Shown piece by piece: positions 12,260 through 25,600 of a DNA stretch of 56,276 nucleotides. Position 1 is the first letter of the stretch, and each line of letters begins with the position of its first letter. The translations under genes were made by a program, and so were the position numbers. The notes under the pieces are model-generated. The model was not told the origin of the DNA, searched no databases, and saw only the letters and a list, made by a program, of their open reading frames with translations. This stretch comes from Aplysia californica (Eukaryota), in the NCBI RefSeq assembly GCF_000002075.1, contig NW_004797968.1:1-56276 (forward strand). Direction: 5' to 3'.

Positions 12260-13750
12260 ACACTATATTTAGGAACCTTAAAATTAATCTTAAAGATTGT
12301 CCCCCTTAGAATAAGAACTGATGTGTTTTTACGGGAAAAAATAAGACTGATAGTTAGGATATTTTCACTTTATATTAACAGCCATGGTAGATGATCATCC
12401 AATTGAGCAAATATTGCTATACCCCCCCCCCCCCTCCACCTTTCACGCATACATCGACCTTTCGTCGACACTGCACCTTCTTCAATACGCTCAATCTTTT
12501 ATCACTATCTTGGACAGAGGACATTTGGATTTAAAATCGTCTTTCGAACTGAAAGACAATATCATATATATATTACCATATACTTTTATAATCTTACAGT
12601 ACTCTCTCTAGACCTGTAATAGTCTGATCTTAGAATTGTTGAATTTCTGTTATACTGTCTACACAATAATAGTCGTGTGTGAAATTCAGAAAAAGGCTTG
12701 GGGAGAAACAAGAATTTCAATTCAGTGCCCCTGTGTTCAGATAGGCCTACTGTCAGTGTGAGAAGGACACTAAAACTCACGTGAATACTCTTTCGATACG
12801 CCCAACGAATAAAAAAACAAACCCAACCACACCCCATGTGCTATGTGTAGCCCGTTGAATCATGGTGTATCTATCTTATTGTTATCATGAGTTCTTTCTA
12901 ACTTCTATTATGTCCAAAAACATGCGGCAAACATTTGGTTCGGAAGGATATCAATTGACGACTCGTTACCGTTGACAAATAATTAAATAAATGGAAATAA
13001 AAGTTAAGATAGTGCTCCGGCAATCTATTAAATACAGTTTGTATTTGACATCTTGGAAACATATGCGTCACTTTCCCCATAAAACTACGACAGTTACAGA
13101 GTTGAACGTTGGCAAGTACCTGCCGAAAGATAGATAGTTCCCCATGATAGAGCCAGATTTTTCATTTATTCATTTCCTGAATTTAGAAAAATATATTTGA
13201 CAAAAAGCTCCCGTCCTTCTTCGGCCTTAGTGATTATTCCACTAAGAAAAAAAAAGAAATCTGCGTAGCTGTCCTTCACAACGGGAGTGCCGGAAGTGAT
13301 ATTTCGCGAGGTGCATTTTGTTTTGAGTGTTTTAGATTTAGGTCTCTTAATTTTTTGCATCTCTCAAGATTTACTGCTCCATTTCAGTAGAGTGTAAATA
13401 TAGTAGGCCCATGACTTTCAGTTGATGTTAATGCACCGAAAGGGGGGGGGGGGGGGCAGCTAGTACACTCTCATTCAGCAAAACAGGAACGTCGTTCCAA
13501 TTTTAATAGAAATTAGTTTTTTAGATTAAGTGAAACTGGCACACAAGCTAAAAATCATCAGGAAATCGCTGTTTTCGTCTCCTGTGCGCTAACCGGGTAA
13601 AGTATTCATTTTGCACAACGTAAATCACATTTTCTCTGTGTATTTCTTCGAACTGTAATAGTTGAACGAATTTTATTTTACAGGAGTTACCTCCGTTGAC
13701 TGAATTGAAGACAACTTAGACACAAACCTATAGTCCAGACTTCAGGCAAA

Positions 13751-16700
13751 ATGGCGTCAAGGAGAAGCCAACACACTGAACAGCTGAAAGGCAAAGTCTG
13801 TGTCGTGACCGGAGCCAGCTCTGGGTTAGGGGAGAGCATCGCCATCATGTTCGCCCAGAGAGGGGCATCTGTCACCTTATGTGGCCGGAATGAGGACAGG
13901 CTCCAGGCCTCCTTGACCTTGTGTGTCCAGGCCAGTGGAGGTCAAGCAGGCCGCTTTTTGGCCGTGAGCGGGGACGTTGTCGACCCCTCTGCAAGGAAGG
14001 CGATTGTGGAGAAGACGGTAGAGAAATTTGGACGTCTGGACGTGTTGGTGGCTAATGCTGGTGTAGCAGATCCTCAAAGTGGGATTCTGACTGCTAGTGA
14101 AGAAACCTTTGATAAAATAATGAACACGAACGTAAAAGCTGTGTTCTTCCAGATCCAGGAAGCGGTGCCACATCTAGAAGCAAGTAAAGGCAACATTATC
14201 GTTGTTTCATCCATGTCGACACTCATGGCGTGTTCACCCAACATAGTGTATCCGATGTCAAAAGCGGCAGTGGATCACATGATCCGATGTCTGGCCGTCG
14301 ACCTTGGGCCGAAAGAGATCCGGGTCAACGCTGTGAATCCTTCCCTCATTCCTACAAGAATTCGAAGGTTTGTAATTTGTTCTTGCTTGCTTTCCCCACT
14401 AGAAGTTGTACGGTATTTTAGGATATTTTATATATTAGAAAATGATTCGGATTCGGCTTTTAAAAAGGGATATCAGCGCTAAAACTTTTAACCCAAATCA
14501 AACGAAAAGGGCAAAAAAGCCATGAAAATATCCTGAAAGAAAGAGAGCGCTTGTTATCGCAGGGTCTGAATTCCAATCAAGTAAGACTTAGAGGCTTCAG
14601 AGTGGGTTTTTACGAAATTACATTGGCACTTTGATTTGGCAGCGAACTGACATAAAACGGGTCGCAAAGCTGACTAAGTGGGTGGTTGGCGGGTGCTCTG
14701 ATGTGGTTTGCTTTCTTCTTTCCTATCAACCATCTATCGTCCTTATCTCCCCTCCTTTTTATGTTTGTTACTCTCTTGCAACATCTCTAATCTCTAATCT
14801 TCTGGCACTCATGTGACCTTATGCAGTTGCGAGCGCCGTAAAACCTCTACTAAAACAAAACAAAAGTTGACTAAGTTAAAAGGGAACATATGACCGTAAT
14901 GGGTCAGCCTTGAAAAGAGACATTATGTCCACTACTCCACATCAATCCCTTTCTCTTCACCACAACTCAGGGAAATTATGGCAGAGAAGCACGCATTCAG
15001 AACTGTTACATACTGCGATTCTACCCGTTATCTTGGGTTTCGGTTGTAAGCTGTATGATCTTATTACCCCCCCCCCCCAACCCCCCAACCTTTTGAACCC
15101 TCACCCACTATTTTCAGAGACTACGCCCCCGATGAAGAAACTATGGATAAGCAGTACGCCCAAGCGCTTGTGACAGAAATTGAAAAACAGGTCTGTGGTC
15201 TCACGTCTACGTTTTGTATGTTCTCATTGTACCCTCACTCTTCTTTCTGCTTCCCGCTAAACTGCCGTGAGGAATGCTTTTACTTGTTTGTCGTGATTTT
15301 GGTTACCAGTAAAAAGTAAAATTGTTCTCGCATCCGATCCGGACATTGGGGATTGTCTTGTTAGTGAGACGACTTCCTAGGCCTTCGGCATATTGTGGTA
15401 GGATGGCCAGTTTCTTTCCACGCCGCCTTTACTTCCCCAATTCGAAGTGAGGTACCCATTACTGCTGGGTGAGCAGGAGGGGGCGAAAAAGTACGTGTCC
15501 GAACCGAGGCTCGAATCCGGACTTTTCGCTTCGGAGACGAACGCACTAACCGCTCCGCCACCGCACCCTTTGGTGACCAGTAAACACACTAATGAGCTTA
15601 AAACGACACGCGAAATAGCAAGTCAGAGTATATTTTGCATAGAAAGAAATTCTCTTAATTCACTTGCCTGCTGCTTTGCGGAAATTGAAATCGGGGGGAG
15701 GGGGGGGGGGAGAGTTCCGAATTATTTTAAACATTATAAATTTTCTTCTAAATACTCCGCTCGAGATTTCCAAGTCTGTGGTATAGTGATGAAATCAGGC
15801 GCTTGTTAAAATAATGATGTTGAAGAAACCGACATATTTTAACCCCTTGGAAAATTGTTATCGATTTTTTCCCTCTACACCCTTTATATCCAGTTACAAA
15901 CATGTTATTATCTGTTCAGATTTCATTGCAAAACGACGATCAAAAGTACAGAAGGTGTAAATAAGCAATTTCAATTGGAGGTCATTTTCTTGCTAATTTT
16001 GCCTCTGATACCAAGCAACGAGCCTCTGCTGGTTGGGGGGGGGGGGGGGGGGGGGCGTAGTTTTACTATGGGGGAGCAAAGAATACACCTGCCGTGGTAC
16101 TGCGTGTCGTAAGAGGCGACTAAAAGTGCATAGGTCTGGTCGCCCGAAAAGTGCCAGTTTGCGGAGGGCCAACTGCCCAACCCAGTAAAAAACAGTAAGT
16201 TACAGAAACACGGACGAACACAGCTTTTTATTTTTCGATCTTGGAAGACGGAGGAGCTTCTGCATCAGCAGGAACAATGAAGGACTGCGGACAAGGCCGA
16301 AAGGACTCTTCTGACCCGAAACTTTCTCTGTCGAACAAGTCTCTCCGCATTGCGTCGTGGAATGTTCGCATCTTGTATGAAGCAGGAAAGAGTTCTCAAG
16401 TAGTACAAGAGATGAAGAGATACAGACTGCACATACTAAGAGTCAGCTAAACACACTGGATACAGTCTGGACAGAAGCAGCAACATCAAGAGGCTAGCCC
16501 ATGATAGAGAAAAGTGGAGGGTGTTTGTCCGTGGCCTATACCCTGGTGCAGGGTGAGAAAGGCACTGATGATGATGACTCCGCTCGAAACTAGATCACCT
16601 GTAGCACAAAACTTCAAAGAATATTTCAGAAGGGATGATAAAAACCATTCCATTTCTAACAAAGAACATTCGAACGCTGGTCCAGGGGTACGAGTAAAAA

Positions 16701-18126
16701 TCCCAGACAATCTTATTTCGTCCTCTTCTTCCTTCTCGGTGAATCTGTCAATCTGGTTGTGTGCACAAAACATGCAGTTCTCTTAGATTTCCGAACAAGA
16801 AGCTCCTTTTTTGTTCTTTCTCCTGTAGTCTAGCTTAACAATATTACTATTACCCCTTGGTAATGCTCCCAATCAATACATTATATATATTGAAATAGCG
16901 GCCGACAGTATAGCTTACCGTGGCTGTTTTGCATTCCTAACAGTGGAATTTTCTGTTCTTTTAAAAAAATGGTGAAATGGTATAAGTTTAACTTTAACGC
17001 CCCCTATCAGCGCTTCTGAGAATGTTCTAAATTGTTTCAATATGGACATAAATAATCAATCAGTTCTCTCATTTATACAACTCAGATTCAAGCCCAAATT
17101 CAAATACCCATCTATCTTCAAAGGTTTCGCGTTCCAGAGCCTCTAGCAATGTGGTTAATTAATCAGGGAAGGGAAAACGGCACTCATTTTGCTGTTTTTA
17201 AAGATATCATGTACATATAATTTCATCTCATCCATCTCGTTTCATTTTTCCGTACAGCTCTATTTACAAGTATATTCACTTGTTGATATGTCTATTCCTA
17301 TTTCGTGCCTTCCAATCGTATGTCACTACAGACCATCTGATCTAATTGCGTATGTCGTTGGTTTCGGTTGTGGGAGGAGAGACGGTGGGGNNNNNNNNNN
17401 NNNNNNNNNNNNNNNNNNNNNNNNNNNNNNNNNNNNNNNNNNNNNNNNNNNNNNNNNNNNNNNNNNNNNNNNNNNNNNNNNNNNNNNNNNGGGGGGGCAC
17501 TAGCATGTTTCTGTTTGCATGTCTTACTTTCCCCTCCAACACACGGTTGTTAAAGTTTCGATTTCTTTCACTTTTTAAACATTTAGAACTTAACTCGAAA
17601 CTAGGTCAGGTTTCATTTTTGCTTTTGGTTGGTGGTTGAACACGGCTCTAGAGATCCATGTTTTCGCCTTTTTTGTGCCCGTCTATTCGTTTTTATTTTC
17701 TATAAATATAGAGGTGTAGTGTTCATGTGCTCTCTTTTTTCAAACTCGTTTTTATATGTCCTCAACCCTTTTTAGTGTGTGGTCAGCGGAAGCTCTAGTG
17801 TGGTTTGCTCCTTTTATCTTATCAAACATTTTTTGTTCTTATCTCTCCTCCTGTGTTTGTTACTCCGAAGTTACGTATCTAATCTTCGGCATTGACATGA
17901 CCTATTTATGTTGTAGGCGCTGCCAAACTTTGATTAAAACTAAACTAAAAACAACAATTTTGAACATTATTTTCTCCAGCCTCTGGGCAATGTGGGTGTG
18001 ACCAAAGAGGCAGTGGCTGAGGCTGTGAGCTTCCTAGCATCGGACGCCGCCAGTTTCCTCACAGGTCTGTGTATGCCGGTGGATGGCGGCAGATCTTTCG
18101 CGGGGACATTTGGGAACAAGTCCTAG
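13751..18126 (+). CDS. SDR / FabG-like oxidoreductase, copy 2 (278 aa); exons 13751-14367, 15118-15190, 17980-18126
   Basis: Same motifs, exon lengths and phases as copy 1. Exon 2 reads DYAPDEETMDKQYAQALVTEIEKQ. Frame is intact. Confidence 0.93.
14686..14865 (+). mobile_element. 5'-truncated SINE 3' fragment in intron 1 of SDR copy 2
   Basis: Ends ...ATGTGACCTTATGCAGTTGCGAGCGCCGTAAAACCTCTACTAAAACAAAAC. A closely similar fragment lies at ~43060-43240. Confidence 0.7.
15314..15568 (-). mobile_element. tRNA-derived SINE of a second family
   Basis: Minus strand GGGTGCGGTGGCGGAGCGGTTAG (A box) ... GGATTCGAGCC (B box) with central CACCCAGCAGTAATGGGTACC motif. 16-bp TSD TTTGGT(T/G)ACCAGTAAA at 15298-15313 and 15569-15584. 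Confidence 0.85.
15765..16576 (+). mobile_element. TSD-bounded composite insertion ending in an internally deleted RTE-clade LINE derivative (~16080-16576)
   Basis: APE endonuclease N-terminus (LRIASWNVRILYEAGK...EMKRYRLHIL) joined to an RTE-like C-terminus (LAHDREKWRVFV) and a (TGA)n tail. TSD ACTCCGCTCGA at 15754-15764 and 16577-16587. Confidence 0.8.
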
Positions 18127-20928
18127 TGCTGGGGAATCTACACACCGTCGTGTCCAGACTTTGGACTCAGATAGCCGGAGACAGACTGTTTTTACACAAC
18201 ATTTAAAGAGACCAAATAGTGCTGAAAGATCTAAACAATAAAACAAAATTAGAATGATATTAATTTGAAGAAATTGACTTTGACTCTTGAATTAAGATTC
18301 CTATTATGCCCATTTCCCCTCTCCCCCAGCTCACTCTCACCCCGAATTTGCAAAAACAAGCCCTGAAGAAACTGCAGGTTTGTCGCTCCAAGCTTGAGAG
18401 TGCCATAGCTTAGTAAATTCTGCTGATTACGCTACTCCTACCTACGTGGTGCATAAAAAACAAAACAAAACAAAAAGTTGTGTTCTTCCAGGTTGGTTAG
18501 TGAAAAAAAGGGGGGGGGGGTGCAGGTACGAAACTAGATACCAATTTTGACTCACGGATTGGCTTGGAAAGACAAACAGCAGACGATTTCAATCATTCGA
18601 ATGATGCGGTGTTCTTAATTTCATTTCTCTCCAATACCTTTCTTCATCTCAGCTAGGTGTGTTCATGGGTGTAGGGGGGGGGGGTATCATGTTTGACATA
18701 AAATAGATTGCATGTTATACGGTGCTTAACTTCGCCACATAAACTTCTCATAAAAAACTGTGCGACTGGTAGGCCCTGATCTTTGTAGACTTTCAGCTAT
18801 ATCGACACATTCATTGCAGAGGTGAATGGAATTCGATTTTTGTGTGTAGAAAAAGCCATTAAAACGCTATACTGTTTCAGCTTTGTTATATCCAAAGAGG
18901 TACCTTTGGTGACAACCTGCTCAAACAGAAATGACTTTGTACGGTACGCTTAAGTTTGACTTGAGAATAATAAATCATTTTTATAATCACCCTTTCGCTC
19001 TGCAGACGAAATGCCTGAAGCTCCTAAGTTATAATGTAATTGCTGCTTAATATAGTAACTAGATTAGTTGTGGTCAGGTGCGTTACAGTACAACGGGGAA
19101 GGCAGTTTGATAAGAGCTGACCTGGTCGTCAACAAGCGAGGATTCTTGTCACTTACTCTCGATAATTTGAAGTGATAACATCAGAAGCTTGCCAGGAAAA
19201 GCAAAACGTTTGATGGTCAGTACACTTTCGAAATGGAAGATAGCATATCGCAAATAGAGATGAACTAATACATTTGATTGGAGAAGGTCGTTCGTAATTC
19301 GTAAGTAGTAAGGCATCACATGAATAATAATAATATTATAATTGTTTTCCTTTAGTAAGGCTCGTTGTAAAACACATACAATGAACAATTCACAAATTTA
19401 CCTTGTGCAGCTAGATCTTATTCTTCGGTTCCCTTTTGTTTGTTCTGTAAGTATGTCATGCTCTTTCTTGGCGCTAAATATGGCACTTACCGTGACAATG
19501 TGCCTCTCTTTACCCTGAATTATGTATTTTTATGGGATGCTGCTTCGCACGTATGGTAGTGGGGCTCTCTTAGAGGGGTGAACAGAATTGTTTCTAGGCC
19601 TACTGCTAGCCTGTCATATATACAGTACACGTCTGCCTGCAAAGTACAGGTTCTTCAGCCCCCGAAGGCAACGAGATTCGAGTTTTGACATCGGAGATCC
19701 TGGGCTTTCAAAACCACAGCACCTCTCACACTTACCAAACCAAGTACCCCAGTAGAAATTGTAATTGATAGTCGGTGCGGTACACGCCATGAAAACATCC
19801 GCCTATGTCGGGCTGAGGCAAACGATCGTAACCCCTATGTACTCAACACGAAAAATTGAACGTGCTGGTAGACATACTACAGAATACCGCCAAATGTATA
19901 TATTTCGAAGCTGCTCTCCAAGAGAGAAAGCATACGAAAAGAAGAAAACGGAATGTTGTCTGTTCGTTTAAAAAAAGAGAGTTCAGAAATTGGTTACCAG
20001 CGCCTGTGGTGTAGTGCCGAATGGTTTTGCCTTCGTGCACAGAAGACCTGAGTTTGATTCCCGTGTGAGAGGAATTTTCAACGAGTATCAAGGGAGCTCT
20101 CATGGTCAAGACGTACAGTGCTCGCCTCTCAGTCAAAACGGTTGCAATACCGAATCCTGCCGGCCATGACCAAGTATTCTTCTCCGATTTAATATTCTCC
20201 TTTGTCTTTCTTTCCTGTTCTCTAGCCGTGTTCCAACATCTGCTTCCATCATCACTTTCCCCCCCCCCCTCCCTACCCCAAATCACTGGCCTCCTTTGAC
20301 CTTCTCTCTCTGTAACTGTTAACTCGTTCTACTGCTTTACCCGGCTTCTCTTTACTGATGTCTTTCAGCTACACTTATGATCTTAAGGCAGGTAAGATCT
20401 AACACCTAGCCTTCTGGGGTAAGGATGAAAGATCTCGGTGGTCCTGGGTGCAAGTTCTGCAAGTTAAATGTCCCTTGCTGGTCCGAAAGCCGGTCAAAAT
20501 TCTAAATTATTTCTTACCAAAAATGAAAACAGTCTTGTCAGACGTAGAGTGTCTTCGAAATGGGAATAAGGATGCCTGGAGGCTCGTGTCTCTACGAAGT
20601 AGTAAGACAGGTCACTTTCGTATTATCAGTTGCACTCTAGGTTGAAAAACCAGCCGTTAGCGACGTCTGAGATCTGGCACGGGAACGCAAAGAAGAAAGA
20701 TCGAGTATCTGTCTTTCTGCTGGAACGTTGTATCCCTCTTAGCCCGGGTTGGTCTTGACAGGCAGCGTCGTGGCCAACCTCCCGAATGATCTAAATTGTG
20801 TCCATGGAGTCGTAAAAACACCTACATCTACTTTTTTAAACGGGCCATGCCCTGCATCCTGCTTACAGATTGGACCAAAAATGTATCCTGCAAAGATGAA
20901 TTATGATAGAAGCATCCTTTGATGTTTG

Positions 20929-21456
20929 TTTTTTGTTTGTTTTTGTAAAGTGTTTTACGGCGCTCGCAACTGCATAAAGTCATATGAGCACGCGGGACAC
21001 ACCTAGTATTTTCAGTTGGTAGGAAATTTTGAATTTTGCCGGGTGGCGGCCGAAGCCTACTCTTATCGATTTTAGACCACCAAGGGATCTTTAACGTGCG
21101 CAACTTGCACACGGGCCCTCCGAGATTTTTCGCCCTTGTCCGAGAAGGCAAGGTGTAGATCTTTCGTACCAGAAGATCAGGGGTGTGGCAGAAAGACAGC
21201 AGTAAGGAGGAGCCAAGGAGTAACAGTAGAAAGGCTGCAGAAAGAGTCAGGAGCTCAGAGGAGGAGGCAAAGGAGGTGAGGGGGCGGGGGCAGAAAGTGG
21301 AAATGAAAGCAGACAACAGAACATTGCTAAAGAGCAGGAAAGGAGGTGAAAGGAGACAATTTTAGAGAAGAAAATCTTTTGGTTGCTACCCGGATTCGAA
21401 CCCGGGACCTTTGAATGAGAGGCCAATACCTTAACCTTTAGGCCATGAGAGCCCCC
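20929..21456 (-). mobile_element. tRNA-derived SINE, young family, full length
   Basis: Reverse complement of the 4717 family. TSD TTTGATGTTTG at 20918-20928 and 21457-21467. Confidence 0.9.
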
Positions 21457-21654
21457 TTTGATGTTTGAAAGGGGTTAGATACATTAGATTTGGAAACCAA
21501 TAAACGTTTAGGTCCCCTTAGAACAAGAACCGGTGTGTTTTTAAGAGAAATAATATGACTGATATTCAGGATTCTCTTCTTTTAATAAAAAACAGCCATG
21601 GTAGATAATCATCCGAATGAGCAAATATCGCTAATACCTCCTGCAATCACACAG

Positions 21655-21658
<4 letters not shown>

Positions 21659-21717
<59 letters not shown>
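21659..21717. repeat. (CA)n microsatellite
   Basis: Seen directly. Confidence 0.95.
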
Positions 21718-21718
<1 letters not shown>

Positions 21719-22661
21719 CGACTTTTCGCCATCCGCATTTGACAACTCTTAATCTTCGACACTGCACCTTTTTCAACACGGTCCTGCCTTTTTAATCACC
21801 GTCTATCTTGGACAGAGGGCATCTGGATATCGTCTTTCAAGCCGAAAGACCATACATGATGTACTTTTATTTATATATAATTTTACTGTACTCTTTATAC
21901 CTGAAATAGCCTGATCTTAAAATTGTTGAATTTCCGTTGTATTTTCTACACACTTATTATGTTCGTCTGTGAAATTCAGTCCAGGAAAGATTTACGAATT
22001 TCAATGCATTGTATCTGTGTTTAGAGGCTGTCAGTGTGAGATGGACGCTTAAACTCTCACTGTGACAATAGGTCCAAAAGGATTTGGAAAAACAAAAACA
22101 AACGATGTGCTATGTGTAGCCCCTTGAATCATGGTCTACCTTGGCGTTATTGTGAGTTTTTCCTACTTTTTATTTGCAGTGTCCGAAGAAATATATGTAT
22201 GACAAACATCTGGTTCGAAAGGATGAAAAACATGACGGCGTGTAACGGTTGACAGGATTTTATGGAAGTAACTGTTTAGAAAGTGCTTCATTAACACGCT
22301 ATCCTTTTTCAAAACAAAAGAGAAGTTCTGGAACAAAAACAAGATAAGCATTTGGTCTAATTGATTTCTAAAAAAGTAATTTAAAAAATAATCAAGAAAC
22401 AACCATTTCAAGTGAAACTGGCACAAGTTTAAAACATCAGCACGTAATTGCTGTTTTCGTCTCCCGCGCACTGACTGAGTATGCTTGAAAGGGTAAGGTA
22501 TTCATTTTGGACAAGTAAGTTACATTTTCATTTTCTCTATGTTAACAGCCGAGTTATCATTTTTTACAGGAGTTACCACGACCGGCAAAAATAGTAACCT
22601 CCGTTGACTGAATCGAAGACACAACTGAGACACACAACTTATAGCCCAGACTCCAGGCAAT

Positions 22662-25600
22662 ATGGCGTCAAGGAGAAGCGAACACAATGAACAACTCAAA
22701 GGCAAAGTCTGTGTCGTGACCGGAGCCAGCTCTGGGTTAGGGGAGAGCATCGCCATCATGTTCGCCCAGAGAGGGGCATCTGTCACCTTATGTGGCCGGA
22801 ATGAGGACAGGCTGCAGGCCTCCTTGACCTTGTGTGTCCAGGCCAGTGGAGGTCAAGCTGACCGCTTTTTGGCTGTGAGCGGGGACGTTGTCGACCCCTC
22901 TGCAAGGAAATCGATTGTCGAGAAGACGGTAGAGAAATTTGGACGTCTGGACGTGTTGGTGGCTAATGCTGGTGTAAACGATCCCAAAACTGGAATTTTG
23001 ACTGCCAGTGAAGAAACTTTTGATAAAATCATGAACACGAATGTAAAAGCAGTGTTCTTCCTGATTCAAGAAGCGGTGCCACATCTGGCAGCGAACAAGG
23101 GCAACATTGTCGTTGTTTCATCCATGTCGTCAAGAGCAGCGAGCTCACCCAACATAGTGTATCCAATGTCAAAAGCGGCAGTTGATCACTTGACCCGATG
23201 TCTGGCCGTCGACCTTGGACCGAGAGAGATCCGGGTCAACGCTGTGAATCCTTCCCTCATTCCCACAAGAATTCGTAGGTTTGTATTTTGTCCTGGCCTG
23301 TTTTCCACGAGAAATTGTATGGTATTTTAGGGTATTTTATGTTGCAAAAATTAATCGAAACCATATTTTTGAAAGGTAGATCAGCACTATAAACCCTTAG
23401 ATTTAATATAAACGAAAAAGGTAAAAAGCCACACAGATATCCCGAAAAAGGAAGAACTCGTTACCGTAGAGTTAGAATTCCAATCAAGTAAGAACCAGAG
23501 GTTTCTGAGTGGATTTTACGACGCTACATTGTCACCTTGATTTGACAGCGCATTGAAACGGTGAAACAACACTGGTGGCAAAGCTTTAAAAGAGAAATAA
23601 TTGTGTCAACTACTCCATATCAATCCTTTTCCACACGAAGTATGGTAAAGCAGCTTATGAATAATTTGCATTCAGAACTTTCACACTTTGCTCTGCAACG
23701 AATTTAGTCTTTATCATGGGTTATCCGTATTATCTTTTTAAGCCCCCCCCCCCCAACCCTTTGAACCATCTCCCTCCATTTTCAGAGAATTCGCTCCCGA
23801 TGAAGAATCTTTGGATAAGCACTTTGCTGAAGCGCTTGTCACAGAAATTGCAAAACAGGTCTGTGGTCTCAAGTCCACGTTTTGTATGTTGCCATTGTAC
23901 CCTCCCTCTGCTTTCTGCTCCACACTAAATTGCTATGAAGTACGTCTTTATTTGTTTGTTGTGAGTATGTATGGTGACAATAATAACATTAATTACTCAA
24001 AACGACCCGCTNNNNNNNNNNNNNNNNNNNNNNNNNNNNNNNNNNNNNNNNNNNNNNNNNNNNNNNNNNNNNNNNNNNNNNNNNNNNNNNNNNNNNNNNN
24101 NNNNNNNNNNNNNNNNNNNNNNNNNNNNNNNNNNNNNNNNNNNNNNNNNNNNNNNNNATTATTATATTCCTGTGGCGTCCAAAAGAAACTTGAAAATGTA
24201 ATTGCCCAAAAATCGTTCTAAAGCCTTGTAAATTTAGAAGCATTTAAAGGCCCTTTTCGGAGCCTGCTATTAAAACCGTGTCATCTGCATACCTGATGTT
24301 ATTAATATTTTCTCCATTAACTTTGAGGCTTGGACTCTTCTATGTTTCTAAGGATTGTTTCACTGTACATGTTAAAGAGGTCTGGTGACATAACATATCC
24401 TTGCCTCATTCCTCGCCTGATCTGCGCAGCGCAATCTTAAGTTGGCCGTGCAATTTTACGATCGTAAAAACGCGCAGTAAGATTTCGCAAATCGGTAAAA
24501 TTGCGAGGAACATATACGAGGGTCGTTTAAAAAGTTTTGCCTCCAAGTTCTTAATTTCTTTATTACTGATGTTGCATACAAAAGGTATACACTAAATGAA
24601 AGCTTAGGATGTCTGCTAAATGACAGTGCCTTTACTTTTCGACATAGTCGCTTTCTTTGTCGAGGCAGATCCGCAAACGTTGAATAAGTTGTCGCTTGTC
24701 GTCGGCGAAATATTAATGTAGTTTTCCTCTGAACCTACGACGCACATCTCCTTGAACTTCATCGTCATCTGCAAAACGTTTTCCTTTAAGGTACTCCTTC
24801 AACTTAGGAAAGTCAGATGGAGCAATGTCTGGACTGTATGGTGGGTGCGGTAAGGTCTCTTGAAATCTGAGACTTTTCATGGCATCTTGAGTTTGTCGAC
24901 TCGTGTGTGGACGGGCGTTGTCGTGGTGCAAAATTCATTTTTATCCGGGCCGAACTCGTGACAACCGTGCTCTACGTTTTCTCAGGGTATCAATATATCG
25001 TTCAGAGTTGATAGTGGAACCCTGTTTCAAAAATTCCATATGAATCAGACCATCGCAGTCACAAAACACTGTCATAAGCACTATCTTTGCAGATGCAACA
25101 ACTTTGAACTTCTTTGGGGTAGGTGAGCCAATGTGCCTGTATTCTTTCGATTGTCTTTTGTTCTCTGGGTCATACTGGTGTACTCAAGTCTCGTCTCCTG
25201 TGACTATACGATGTAAGAAAGCTTCACCTTCATCAATATAACGAGCCAGGAGTTCATCACTAACTTTCAGTTTCCTTATTACTGGTTCAATTTCCGGTCG
25301 GGTGATAACATGTGGGGAACCCACCGTGCACACACTTTCCTGTAACCCAACACATCATGGATGATATACTAAGCACTCCCCACAGAAATCTCTAGCAATT
25401 CACTGACATCTTTTACTTTGATCCGCCGATTTGCTTGGATGATCTCACCCACTCTCTCCTGGTGTTGAACATCACTGGCAGAATTGGGACTACCACAATG
25501 AGCCTGGTCATGCAAATCTGTCTCTGCTGGACTGGTTTCAGCGAACTCCTTTGCCCACCTTTGAACAGTACTTACAACTACACATGCTTCACCATAGACA

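Noticed and set aside
20828-21365. ORFs of 60-162 aa inside SINE copies
   Set aside because: Chance frames in a pyrimidine-rich repeat, not conserved between copies.
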